Source: Macrostomum lignano (lineage: Eukaryota). From it: DNA of 64,000 bases. Where the stretch lies: assembly GCA_002269645.1 (NCBI GenBank), contig NIVC01000049.1, forward strand, positions 259,578 through 323,577. The letters run 5' to 3'. Below are positions 1-11,998 of the stretch, in pieces. The notes beneath the pieces are model-generated. The model worked only from the letters and a program-made list of their open reading frames with translations, was not told where the DNA came from and did not search any database. Made by a program: the position numbers and the translations under genes. Every line of letters begins with the position of its first letter. Position 1 is the first letter of the stretch.

Positions 1-275
1 GATTCTGTCTAACAGGATTCGATTCTGTCTAACAGGATTCGATTCTGTCTAACAGGATTCGATTCTGTCTAACAGGATTCGATTCTGTCTAACAGGATTC
101 GATTCTGTCTAACAGGATTCGATTCTGTCTAACAGGATTCGATTCTGTCTAACAGGATTCGATTCTGTCTAACAGGATTCGATTCTGTCTAACAGGATTC
201 GATTCTGTCTAACATGATTCGATTCTTTCTAACAGAATTCGATTAAATCTAACAAGATTCGATTCTGTCTAACAG
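1..275. repeat. 20-bp tandem satellite (GATTCTGTCTAACAGGATTC)n, truncated by the window start
   Basis: About 11 perfect units, then degenerating by ~275. Confidence 0.97.
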
Positions 276-809
276 CTAATGTATCTTACTAGAACCAAAT
301 AATGTTTAACATTATTGTGTGATATGTGGCACTACTCAGACATGGCATTCCGTAATACCTATAAGTTTAAAAAACAAAAATTTAAATGTAAAATTTTAGT
401 GCTACCCCAGAACGTTTGAAATTCTGAAAGTGAGTTTTCAAAACTCATGCCATGCAGGTAAAATTATTCATTGACAAGGTGTTCACTTATTTGAAAAATA
501 ATATATAACAGAAACAGAAAGCCACCATTTATCCAGAAGCAGACGGGTGCAACAACAATTTAAGAAAATGAATTCCATTTAACAGGTTTTTCTTTCAAAG
601 AAAAATCTACCTTCAGGGTTTATTAGCAGTAGTATAGTAAGAAGAAAATGGTTTATTCGGGTTTTAAATGAGAGAGAATCCAACAAAACAACAATTGAAG
701 GGCAGGCAGTTTCACTTACAGTCTGAGCTGAGCGCTGCAACAAAGGAGATTATCGAACTTATTGAATAAAGTTGCTCATGTCAATGCAGCGGTGCTGACT
801 AACGGGTTT

Positions 810-1920
810 AAATCTGGGAATCGGGGGCACCAAATCTGGGAATCGGGGGGGGGGGGGGCAAATCTGGGAATCAGGGGTGCCAAATCTGGGAATCAGGGGT
901 GCCAAATCTGGGAATCGGGGGCGCCAAATCTGGGAATCAGGGGTGCCAAATCTGGGAATCGGGGGTGCCAAATCTGGGAATCAGGGGACGCCAAATCTGG
1001 GAATCAGGGGACGCCAAATCTGGGAATCAGGGGTGCCAAATCTGGGAATCGGGGGCGCCAAATCTGGGAATCGGGGGCGCCAAATCTGGGAATCGAAGGG
1101 GGGGCGCCAAATTTGGGAATCAGGGGGGGGCGCCAAATTTGGGAATCGGGGGCGCCAAATCTGGGAATCGGGGGCGCCAAATCTGGGAATCGGGGGCGCC
1201 AAATCTGGGAATCGGGGGGGGGGGCGCCAAATCTAGGATTCGGCGGGGGGAGCGCAAAATCTGGAATCAGGGGGGGGGGGCGCCAAATCTGGGAATCGGG
1301 GGGGGAGCGCAAAATCTGGAATCAGGGGGGCGCCAAATCTGGGAATCGGGGGGGGGGGTGCCAAATCTGGGAATCGGGGGCGCCAAATCTGGGAATCAGG
1401 GGTGCCAAATCTGAGAATCGGGGGTGCCAAATCTGGGAATCAGGGGACGCCAAATCTGGGAATCAGGGGACGCCAAATCTGGGAATCAGGGGTGCCAAAT
1501 CTGGGAATCGGGGGCGCCAAATCTGGGAATCGGGGCGCCAAATCTGGGAATCGAAGGGGGGGCGCCAAATCTGGGAATCAGGGGGGGCGCCAAATTTGGG
1601 AATCGGGGGCGCCAAATCTGGGAATCGGGGGCGCCAAATCTGGGAATCGGGGGCGCCAAATCTGGGAATCGGGGGGGGGGCGCCAAATCTAGGATTCGGC
1701 GGGGGGAGCGCAAAATCTGGAATCAGGGGGGGGCGCCAAATCTGGGAATCGGGGGGGGGGAGCGCAAAATCTGGAATCAGGGGGGGCGCCAAATCTGGGA
1801 ATCGGGGGGGGGGCGCCAAATCTGGGAATCAGGGGGGGGCGCCAAATTTGGGAATCAGAGGCGCCAAATCTGAGAATCGGGGGGCGCCAAATCTGGGAAT
1901 CTGGGCGGGGGCGGAATCTG
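810..1920. repeat. ~20-22-bp GC-rich minisatellite (GCCAAATCTGGGAATCGGGGG)n in an anoctamin intron
   Basis: About 50 visible units with variable G-runs; the track ORFs at 759-1946 are translations of it. Confidence 0.95.
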
Positions 1921-2016
1921 AGAGTCGAAAACTCAATTTAAAATAAATATAGTGATTGCTCGTACATCCCATCGTTAAGACCCTGATTACGATGTTATCC
2001 ATCGCTAAGCTCTCAC

Positions 2017-2431
2017 CTGAGCACGAGGCCATAGATGAAGATGCCAATGCCCAGCACTGTTGGCACCCACAGCATGGAGATCATGTGACCAGACCAGGCG
2101 AAATAAAATGCAATCTTTTCGCCGAAATAATTTCGAACTTTGTCCAGCGGTTGGTACTTGCGTATTCGAGTCCACACATTGTTGAGTCGGGCTCGCTCGT
2201 CCGGGGAGTAGATCGAATTGAACTGGCAGTCTCCCACCTGCAGAACGGCCTGTAACTTTTTGCCCTTGGCGATCTCTTCGTCTGTGGCTCGGTTCCGGTC
2301 GATTTTATAATCGCCAGGATAGGCCTTGAGCCAGTCGCGTTTCAAGCTCTTCACCCAGGGATCTCTCTCCGACGGGTCGTGCAGGATGAACGCGTCAGTG
2401 AAGACTCCACGGTGGAGCAGCTTTGGTAGGG
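2017..2431 (-). CDS. Anoctamin/TMEM16 exon 5 (pre-TM1 region and TM1)
   Basis: Encodes LPKLLHRGVFTDAFILHD...QPLDKVRNYFGEKIAFYFAW...LWVPTVLGIGIFIYG, a hallmark anoctamin motif. Acceptor cttccag|2431, donor 2017|GTGAGA. Confidence 0.93.
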
Positions 2432-2584
2432 CTGGAAGGTTGAATTGTTGTCAATCATTCAGTCGGCGAGACTTTTGGGTTGGCCTTCACGGCTGTGAAT
2501 CGCTCGCATTTGCAAGCTTGGTCAGGCATTCACTGGCAATGGCAAGCAGTTCATTGCAGCCTACTTCCAGAAGCAGTCACTGGG

Positions 2585-2970
2585 TAGCTGGCGCCCCCTT
2601 ATGTATCTGGCGCCCCCTTGTGTATCTGGCGCCCCCCTGTGTAGCTGGCGCCCCCCTGTGTATCTGGCGCCCCCCTGTGTATCTGGCGCCCCCTGTGTAG
2701 CTGGCGCCCCCTTGTGTATCTGGCGCCCCCCTGTGTATCTGGCGCCCCCCTGTGTAGCTGGCGCCCCCCTGTGTAGCTGGCACCCCCCCTGTGTAGCTGG
2801 CACCCCCCCTGTGTAGCTGGCGCCCCCTGTGCAGCTGGCGCCCCCTGTGTAGCTGGCGCCCCCTGTGTACCTGGCGCCCCCCCTGTGTAGCTGGCGCCCT
2901 CTGTGTAGCTGGCGCCCCCCCCTGTGTAGCTGGCGCCCCCCTGTGTAGCTGGCACCCCTCTGTGTAGCTG
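2585..2970. repeat. ~19-21-bp minisatellite (GTAGCTGGCGCCCCCTGT)n in an anoctamin intron
   Basis: About 19 visible units; explains the track ORFs at 2561-3085. Confidence 0.93.
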
Positions 2971-3291
2971 GTGTTGTGTAGTTGGTTTGCAGATATGTAC
3001 ATCTGCTATGTACATCTGTTTTCCGATATTGATCTGTCGCAGCTAAATGAATATATAAGTATAAATATACCAGTCGGGAGGCCAACTAGGGCTAAGTTCG
3101 TGTGTACCCCTAAATTCAGTCGGACTTTCTCAACACAACAGCTGGCACCCCCCTTGTGCAGGTGGCGCCCCCCTATGTAGGTGGCGCTGAGTGAACGAAG
3201 AGCAACAATGAAGTTCCAAGGTTAAAGAATTAAGTATTTAATCACTGATTAATTAGCATGTAGCATACAGATAACAAGTTTGCTAATTTAC

Positions 3292-3364
3292 CTGTCATTG
3301 AAAGATCCTTGTCCAGCTCAATGGCAGCCGAACCAATATCCGTGTTAATCAATATGTTGTGTAC
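3292..3364 (-). CDS. Anoctamin exon 4
   Basis: tttcag|VHNILINTDIGSAAIELDKDLSMT(G)|gtaaat; 73 bp; phases match both neighbouring exons. Confidence 0.85.
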
Positions 3365-3441
3365 CTGAAAGTAAATTCAATTTAATGTCAAATTTAACAC
3401 CTAAAAAGTGGCACAAAAAGCATTGAGGAACCGATTCTTAC

Positions 3442-3542
3442 CAAGTAGGATCTCTGTGCCGGCCGGAAGAATGTCTCCTTGTTCTCGTGGCCCCGAAACA
3501 GGTGCAGATTTCTCCGGGTAAACGGCCCGCTGATGAAGTCCT
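3442..3542 (-). CDS. Anoctamin exon 3
   Basis: ttcag|EDFISGPFTRRNLHLFRGHENKETFFRPAQRSYL|gtaaga; matches the anoctamin N-terminal 'TFF..AQRS' motif. Confidence 0.9.
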
Positions 3543-3564
3543 CTGAATTGCATTTGGTGTTAAT

Positions 3565-3890
3565 GCATGTGATATATGATATGAGATATGTGATATGGGA
3601 TATGTGACGTGATATGAGATATGAGATATGTGATATGGGATATGTGATATGTGATGTGACATGAGAAATGTGATACGTGATATGTGAAATGGGAAATGTG
3701 AAATGAGATATGTGATATGTTATATAGAATATTTGATGTGTTGTTGAATATGTAATATGCGATATGTAATGCGCTAAATGTGATGTGTTGACATAAGACA
3801 TGTGATATGTGATATGGCCGGGATGTGTGATATGGGATATGGGATACGGGATATGTTATATGTGATATATGATGTGATGTGATATGCGAC
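3565..3890. repeat. Degenerate (GATAT/GTGAT) simple repeat
   Basis: Runs of gatatgt/gatatgg in the intron. Confidence 0.85.
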
Positions 3891-3934
3891 ATACAATACC
3901 ATTCAGAGAGACAATAGACAAGACTTATAATCAC

Positions 3935-4010
3935 CTTCATCATCTTCAATCATATTGCAGCAGTCGCCAATTTTTTGAAACAAATCGAAACTCTCCAGAG
4001 GCGAAATTGT
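3935..4010 (-). CDS. Anoctamin exon 2
   Basis: ccacag|TISPLESFDLFQKIGDCCNMIEDDE(G)|gtgatt; 76 bp; bridges the phase-0 end of exon 1 to the phase-1 start of exon 3. Confidence 0.8.
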
Positions 4011-4287
4011 CTGTGGGGCATTTTTGTTTGCAAAAAAATTACTTTCCTGAAAAATTTGTGTACCTCACAGACAGCACAAGAAAATAAATCTGTCACTCGA
4101 TTGCTTACGTCGGCTGGCAAAAATTAGTGGAGATTACTCAAATCTGTACTAACCACAACCAACTTAGCTTAACCAGGTTGGCTATTTTATTAATAAAAGC
4201 GGAATACTTTTTGGCTTTGAAAGTTAAAAATAGGGTAGGTATATGTTGCACTTAATTATCCTAGGAATTCTTAATCTTCTTGATAAA

Positions 4288-4597
4288 GGGGTTGTAGCCT
4301 AGTGGTTAGAGCGTTGTCGTACTCTAGACTGAAAGGTCAGGGGTTCGATTCCCGATCCCACGGGAAAAACTTGTGTCCTTAAGCAAGACACTTAACTCTG
4401 CATTGCTTCAGTTCACCCAGCTGTAGAATGGGTGCCAGCATTAGCTGGGGTAACCCCCCAGAGTGTGGCGACCCCCCAGTCCTTGGACTGAACAGCCGTA
4501 CGCAGCCTTCAGATGCACCGCGCAATAGCTGCGGCTGAGCTGTCGGTTGCACATCTGCTAATTAGGGCAGGTGTAATCAGTTATTATTATTATTATT
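4288..4597 (+). mobile_element. tRNA-derived SINE with CORE-like central domain, copy 1
   Basis: A box TAGCCTAGTGG, B box GGTTCGATTCC, central gtgtccttaagcaagacacttaac...cagctgtagaatggg resembling the MIR/CORE domain, (TTA)n tail; second copy at 37468. Confidence 0.85.
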
Positions 4598-5018
4598 GAT
4601 TGAGAAGTCACTTATTCAACCCATTTCTAGTTGCAGACTTTTGTCTATGGTCGGAAAGTGCCAAGGATTTGGGATTTTATGTTTTTCAGAGGCAGGGGGC
4701 TGTGTGCACCCTGGCGCACTTTAAGCGACATAGGCACACAACCGGCGAGAGGCATTACTGCCCATTCCACCGACTCCCCTGAGCAGGCGCACAAGCGCAC
4801 GAATACGTACGCAGGCACACACTCACACAGCAGTGTACAACAGCCCTAGAAATTTGATTTCAGCTTTAATAGCTACATATATATATGTACATAGACTCGA
4901 TCTTGTTCTAAACGAGCTAAAGGCTGGTAAGAAAGGTCTCCGAAAAGTATGCGTTATTTACTGAGGTCGCACTCCAAAAACCAAAATACTGTTGGATATT
5001 GCTAGAACTTTCGGAGTA

Positions 5019-5240
5019 GTGATATTTCGGGTTTATAAACTTTAGGGTTCATGGTAGTTCGGGTTTATGATATTTCGGGTTCATGGTAGTTCGGGTTGAT
5101 GATATTTCGGGTTCATTGTAGTTCGGGTTGATGATATTTCGGGTTCATTGTAGTTCGGGTTGATGATATTTCGGGTTCATTGTAGTTCGGGTTGATGATA
5201 TTTCGGGTTTACGATATTTCGGGTTTATGCTATTTCGGGT
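5019..5240. repeat. ~32-bp tandem repeat (GATATTTCGGGTTCATTGTAGTTCGGGTTGAT)
   Basis: About 6 visible units. Confidence 0.85.
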
Positions 5241-5784
5241 TTTTGATGGAAAGCGCTTTTCGGAGTTGTGATTTTTCAGGTTTGTGGTGCCCCCCCTTAC
5301 TGGCATCCAACTAATTTCTAAGAAAAAATATTTTAGAGCCCGTTATAATTTACTTGTCCACGAGTACATTTTTTTCTAAAAATTGATGTAAGAAAATACT
5401 TTGCAACTTTTTTGTTAAACGTCTTTCTCTCTCTCCTCGACGATTGCACACCATTTTGGAGTTGCGAGAAAGAATTTATGGCCTGGTGGTTAATAGTAAA
5501 TATGGCTTTATTACTGAAGTAGTTTTCATTTCTGCGCAAGATTGCTCACTGAAGGGTAAAACGTCTGTTCTATGTGCGACTGTTGAGAGCTTTTAGAGCA
5601 AAGAAAGCAAGAAATTTAGTCAAGATTTGGTATGAAAACCGACCCCCTGAGCATTATTCATTCAGCCTCTTGCTTTCACGCTTTGTATCTGCAGCTAAAA
5701 TTAGTGACGAAAAGCACCGTAATACGCATTGGTTTAACTACAGCCTAATCTCTTATTAAAGATAAATGACCTTTAACTGACACA

Positions 5785-7915
5785 TTGGCCGATTCTCTAG
5801 TTAAAGACAGCTATGACCGTTAGTTTGCACAATGACCAATTCTCTAAGTAAAGACAGCTATGACCATTAGTTTGCACAATAACCAATTCTCTAGTTAAAG
5901 ACAGCTATGACCATTAGTTGGCACAATGACCAATTCTCTAAGTAAAGACAGCTATGACCATTAGTTGGCACAATGACCAATCCTCTAGTTAAAGACAGCT
6001 ATGACCATTAGTTGGCACAATGACCAATTCTCTAGTTAAAGACAGCTATGACCATTAGTTTGCACAATAACCAATTCTCTAGTTAAAGACAGCTATGACC
6101 ATTAGTTGGCACAATAACCAATTCTCTAGTTAAAGACAGCTATGACCATTAGTTGGCACAATGACCAATTCTCTAAGTAAAGACAGCTATGACCATTAGT
6201 TGGCACAATGACCAATTCTCTAAGTAAAGACAGCTATGACCATTAGTTGGCACAATGACCAATCCTCTAGTTAAAGACAGCTATGACCATTAGTTGGCAC
6301 AATGACCAATTCTCTAGTTAAAGACAGCTATGACCATTAGTTGGCACATTGGCCGATTCTCTAGTTAAAGACAGCTATGACCATTAGTTTGCACAATAAC
6401 CAATTCTCTAGTTAAAGACAGCTATGACCATTAGTTGGCACAATGACCAATTCTCTAAGTAAAGACAGCTATGACCATTAGTTGGCACAATGACCAATCC
6501 TCTAGTTAAAGACAGCTATGACCATTAGTTGGCACAATGACCAATTCTCTAGTTAAAGACAGCTATGACCATTAGTTGGCACAATGACCAATTCTCTAAG
6601 TAAAGACAGCTATGACCATTAGTTGGCACAATGACCAATTCTCTAGTTAAAGACAGCTATGACCATTAGTTGGCACAATGATCAATTGTCTAGTTAAAGA
6701 CAGCTATGACCATTAGTTGGCACAATGACCAATTCTCTAAGTAAAGACAGCTATGACCATTAGTTGGCACAATGACCAATTCTCTAGTTAAAGACAGCTA
6801 TGACCATTAGTTGGCACAATGACCAATTCTCTAAGTAAAGACAGCTATGACCATTAGTTGGCACAATGACCAATTCTCTAGTTAAAGACAGCTATGACCA
6901 TTAGTTGGCACAATGACCAATTCTCTAGTTAAAGACAGCTATGACCATTAGTTTGCACAATAACCAATTCTCTAGTTAAAGACAGCTATGACCATTAGTT
7001 GGCACAATAACCAATTCTCTAGTTAAAGACAGCTATGACCATTAGTTGGCACAATGACCAATTCTCTAAGTAAAGACAGCTATGACCATTAGTTGGCACA
7101 ATGACCAATTCTCTAAGTAAAGACAGCTATGACCATTAGTTGGCACAATGACCAATCCTCTAGTTAAAGACAGCTATGACCATTAGTTGGCACAATGACC
7201 AATTCTCTAGTTAAAGACAGCTATGACCATTAGTTGGCACATTGGCCGATTCTCTAGTTAAAGACAGCTATGACCATTAGTTTGCACAATAACCAATTCT
7301 CTAGTTAAAGACAGCTATGACCATTAGTTGGCACAATGACCAATTCTCTAAGTAAAGACAGCTATGACCATTAGTTGGCACAATGACCAATCCTCTAGTT
7401 AAAGACAGCTATGACCATTAGTTGGCACAATAACCAATTCTCTAGTTAAAGACAGCTATGACCATTAGTTGGCACAATGACCAATTCTCTAAGTAAAGAC
7501 AGCTATGACCATTAGTTGGCACAATGACCAATTCTCTAGTTAAAGACAGCTATGACCATTAGTTGGCACAATGATCAATTCTCTAGTTAAAGACAGCTAT
7601 GACCATTAGTTGGCACAATGACCAATTCTCTAAGTAAAGACAGCTATGACCATTAGTTGGCACAATGACCAATTCTCTAGTTAAAGACAGCTATGACCAT
7701 TAGTTGGCACAATGACCAATTCTCTAAGTAAAGACAGCTATGACCATTAGTTGGCACAATGACCAATTCTCTAGTTAAAGACAGCTATGACCATTAGTTG
7801 GCACAATGACCAATTCTCTAGTTAAAGACAGCTATGACCATTAGTTTGCACAATGACCAATTCTATAGTTGAAGACAGCTATGACCATTCGTTTGCACAA
7901 TGACCAATTCTCTAA
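5785..7915. repeat. 47-bp satellite, ~45 units, with a 19-unit (893-bp) higher-order duplication
   Basis: Unit CAATTCTCTAGTTAAAGACAGCTATGACCATTAGTTGGCACAATGAC; diagnostic variants recur 893 bp apart (6351/7244 and 6681/7574). Confidence 0.97.
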
Positions 7916-7962
7916 TTAAAAAAACAAACTACCAACGTCCCAGCATAATCAGACTGGGTTAC

Positions 7963-8328
7963 CTTGTCCAGCGCCATCTCCAGTTTGAGTTTCTCAGCCT
8001 CGCGAGCCAGAACATTGAACGGGGCGTAAATCTTGATAAACATCAGCGGGTGGTCGCCGCCGTCGTTGTACTCGTAGGTCTCGGTTTCGATTCCCGGTCG
8101 GCGAGATTTCAACGTGTCCAAGAAGATTTGCCGCAATTGCGGCTTCAAGTCCGTGTGATCATCGTGATCGCAGTCCCGGTAGGTCAGCACGTAGTCGACA
8201 TTGGGCAGGTGGGTTCCAGTCCATTTAAACTCGGTTGGGCCAAGGATGTCGTCCGGTTCGCTCGAGCCCAGTCCGCTATTCACCATCAAGCCTGGGTGGC
8301 TGCTGCCGCCCAGTTTTTCGACGTCCAT
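7963..8328 (-). CDS. Anoctamin first coding exon (N-terminal cytosolic domain)
   Basis: MDVEK...VDYVLTY...FIKIYAPFNVLAREAEKLKLEMALDK|gtaacc. Acceptor ttttcag|8338 and an in-frame TGA lie just upstream of the ATG. Confidence 0.9.
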
Positions 8329-8449
8329 GGCTCAGTGGCTGAAAAGCGTGCCTTTTTATTATCAAATGCGAAGAGAGGGGGATCTTTCGGAATCATAGAC
8401 CTAACCGCTTGGTATGAAATGGCTTTATAGGGAAAGGAATGGCTTAATT

Positions 8450-8745
<296 letters not shown>

Positions 8746-9112
8746 ATAGGAGAGACATTAACACAGACACTAATACACAAAGACAGACACAGACGAGAAG
8801 AAAAGCTCTCAAGCAATTCAGAAGAGAGAGCAGACTAAACAAAACCCATCTATTGCTAAAATGATTACAAGGATAAGACAGCTGCTTAGGAGAAACTGCT
8901 TCAGCTAGACACAAAAAATGGACAAAGAAAATTACACAGATGGAACAATATTGACTCAGGAGGCATCAGACATTTGCTAAAAGCAATCCGAAATTAACTA
9001 CATAATCTTCACCTTTGCTAGATGAGAGACGTAAAAAATCAAGTAACGAAATCAATCATGGTTTACTAGGCAAAATGTTGAAAATATACACAGAACGCAA
9101 AACACTTTAATA

Positions 9113-10027
9113 CAGGTGGGGTCGGCAACCTCTTTAGTGGCATTTCAAGGGCCAGATAGAGAATAAACATAGACTAAATGTTAGGCGAGGAAATAAAGGA
9201 GAAGAGAGATGGAAGGGGAGAAGAGAGAATTGAGAGGAGAAGAGAGAGGAGAGGAGAGGAGAAGAGAGGAGAGGAGAAGAGAGGAGAGGAGAGGAGAGGA
9301 GAGGAGAGGAGAGGAGAGGAGAGGAGAGGAGAGGAGAGGAGAGGAGAGGAGAGGATAAGAGAGGAGAGAAGAGAAGAGGAGAGGAGAAGAGAGGAGAGGA
9401 GAGGAGAGGAGAGGAGAGGAGAGGAGAAGAGAGGATAGGAGAGGAGAGGAGAAGAGAGGAGAGGAGAGGAGAAGAGAGGAGAGAAGAGGAGAGGAGAGGA
9501 GAGGAGAGGAGAGAGGAGAGGAGAGGAGAGGAGAGGAGAGGAGAAGAGAGGAGAGGAGAGGAGAGGAGAGGAGAGGAGAGGAGAAGAGAGGAGAGGAGAA
9601 GAGAGGAGAGGAGAGGAGAGGAGAAGAGAGGAGAGGAGAGGAGAAGAGAGGAGAGGAGAGGAGAAGAGAGGAGAGAAGAGAAGAGGAGAGGAGAGGAGAG
9701 GAGAGGAGAGGAGAGGAGAGGAGAAGAGAGGAGAGGAGAGGAGAGGAGAGGAGAGGAGAAGAGAGGAGAGGAGAAGAGAGGAGAGGAGAGGAGAAGAGAG
9801 GAGAGGAGAGGAGAAGAGAGGAGAGAAGAGAAGAGGAGAGGAGAGGAGAGGAGAGGAGAGGAGAAGAGAGGAGAGGAGAGGAGAGAATGCAGAGGAGAGA
9901 AGGGAGATGAGAGAAGAGAGCTGAGATGAGACACAAGCCCTGAGCGGGCCAGATTGCGATTTTGAAAATTCAAAGCACCCGAGGGCCGGATAGATGAGGT
10001 CCGCGGACCGTAGTTTGCCAACCCCCG
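9113..10027 (+). mobile_element. Non-autonomous hAT-like element with internal (GAGAG)n array
   Basis: Ends ggggtcggcaacc ... gtttgccaacccc. The subterminal block gagacacaa..gagcgggcc...gagggccggatag is shared with copies at ~29 kb and ~60.7 kb. Confidence 0.7.
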
Positions 10028-10102
10028 TTATAAAATGAAGCTAGGACCGCAATAACGCATGTGGTTAAGTTTTTAAATCATGTTAGAGACGCTGCACCGT
10101 CT

Positions 10103-10430
10103 CTAGGCTTCGCCAATGTACAGCTGACTCAACTTAGCAACCGCCTCAGCTTCATCTGTGCCATCAGCTGTTGTTGCCGCAGACTCCGCCAGCCGCTTCA
10201 TCAATCGTTGAGCTGCCTGCTTCTCCGACTGACTAAAGAATGCCAGTGCCAATTGAAATCGCTGACAGTTGGTCAGCGCAGTCAGAATGCTGACAGTCGG
10301 TTGCGTTGGCAATTTGTCAGAGTCAGCGGCATCGAGGGCTGTCAAGAATTCGCCCAACAGGCCGAATGGAATTTCTGAGGCGAACAAGTTCGAGTAAACT
10401 GACGGCGCCAGGCTTAGCAGGTAGCTGCGG
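10103..10430 (-). CDS. CCDC103: CCDC103/DNAAF19 exon 2 (RPAP3_C-like domain)
   Basis: atttcag|(R)RSYLLSLAPSVYSNLFASEIPFGLLGEFL...RFQLALAFFSQSEK...*. Joins exon 1 in phase to give 235 aa. Confidence 0.88.
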
Positions 10431-10619
10431 CTGAAATAATGAAGTTTAGTACAAATTTTTTACAGGTTTGTAGCCTGACAACGACAAACACTTTTTTGAT
10501 GTTATCGCTGTGCTATTTGGCGGAAAAGTCTCCAAGTGAGAATATTTCATTCGTTGTCTTCTTATATTAGTTTATATTCTTTTTAAATTCTTATGTCCAT
10601 TAACTCTAGGACTACCTCC

Positions 10620-11450
10620 GTTATTGTTGTTGCTGTTGTTGTTTACTGTGTGCTTGTTGTTGTTGCTGTTGTTGTTTACTGTGTGCTTGTTGTTGTTGCT
10701 GTTGTTGTTTACTGTGTGCTTGTTGTTGTTGCTGTTGTTGTTGTTGTTCACTGTGTGCTTGTTGTTGTTGCTGTTGTTGTTTACTGTGTGCTTGTTGTTG
10801 TTGCTGTTGTTGTTCACTGTGTGCTTATTGTTGTTGCTGTTGTTGTTGTTGTTTACTGTGTGCTTGTTGTTGTTGCTGTTGTTGTTGTTGTTGTTCACAG
10901 TTTGCTTGCCGTTGTTGTTCACTTCTTTGTCGTTGTTGTTTACTGTGTGCTTGTTGTTGTTGCTGTTGTTGTTGTTGTTCACTGTGTGCTTATTGTTGTT
11001 GCTGTTGTTGTTGTTGTTCACTGTGTGCTTGTTGTTGTTGCTGTTGTTGTTTACTGTGTGCTTGTTGTTGTTGCTGTTGTTGTTGTTGTTCACTGTGTGC
11101 TTATTGTTGTTGCTGTTGTTGTTGTTGTTCACTGTGTGCTTGTTGTCGTTGTTGTTCGCTGTTTGTTTCGTTGTTGTTCACTGTTTGCTTGTTTTTGTTG
11201 TTGTTCACTGTTTGCTTGTTGTTGCTTTTCTTCACTGTTTGCTTGTTGTTGTTGTTTTTAATCACTGTGTGCTTGTAGTTGTTGTTGTTGTTGTTGTTTT
11301 TGTTGTTGTTGTTGTTGTTAATCACTGTGTGCTTGTTGTTGTTGTTGTTAATCACTGTGTGTTTGCTTTGTTGCCGTTGTTGTTGTTGTTAATCACTGTG
11401 TGCTTGTTGTTGTTGTTCACTTTGAGCTTGCTTTGTTGTTGTTGTTGTCA
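10620..11450. repeat. (GTT)n-based compound repeat in the CCDC103 intron
   Basis: Units such as gttgttgttgctgttgttgtttactgtgtgctt. Confidence 0.95.
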
Positions 11451-11618
11451 AATGTTAGACAAAATAACAGGAATTTCTCTTAAAGTTTTAGGCTCGTACG
11501 CAGTTTATCTTCGCAATTTCATGCCAGCGTTTTGCTTGATCGCTTACAATAAATGCCACCTCCCTTTGAGTTAAGAGACGGCTCATCAAAAATGAGCGAG
11601 GGCCCTCTGAGCACTCAC

Positions 11619-11998
11619 CGATCCTCAGGAGTCTTCAACGATTGCCAAATTCTCACAAACTGCTGACAACTGGCAGGCGGCTCTCCAGTGGATGAAGTGG
11701 CGCCTAGCAGGTAGCTTCCGCTGTCCCCCCGGCCGTCAACTCCCGCACCGCCACCTCCGCGGCTTCGACCGCGATTCCACAGTCCGGTCTCGTTGGTTCG
11801 AATCTCGGTGACTTTCTCGCCGCGATCCAACGGCTTCAAATGGCTGGCGTTGACGATTTCTTTGAACTCTTCGTAGCTGGCTACGCGCTGGTTTACTGCA
11901 CGAAATTTTGCATCGTTTTTCTCCCAGTAACGCCTATCGGCTTCTACCGCCTGCTCCAGCTCCCGTTCCAGCCTGTCCAGATTGATCTCGGCTGTCAT
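11619..11998 (-). CDS. CCDC103: CCDC103/DNAAF19 exon 1 (dynein attachment factor N-terminus)
   Basis: MTAEINLDRLERELEQAVEADRRYWEKNDAKFRAVNQRVASYEEFKEIVNASHLKPLD matches the CCDC103 signature. ATG at 11998 (the track start at 12007 is TTG); donor 11619|GTGAGT. Confidence 0.92.

Noticed and set aside
759-3085. Long ORFs such as 762-1946 (394 aa) and 2561-3085
   Set aside because: Translations of intronic minisatellites, open in several frames.
4288-4365. tRNA gene
   Set aside because: No complete cloverleaf; it continues into a SINE body with a second dispersed copy. The 54559 element likewise lacks a clean cloverleaf.
5785-7915. CRISPR-like regular repeat
   Set aside because: Head-to-tail units with no unique spacers, eukaryotic context and no cas genes. 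The same holds for all other arrays here.
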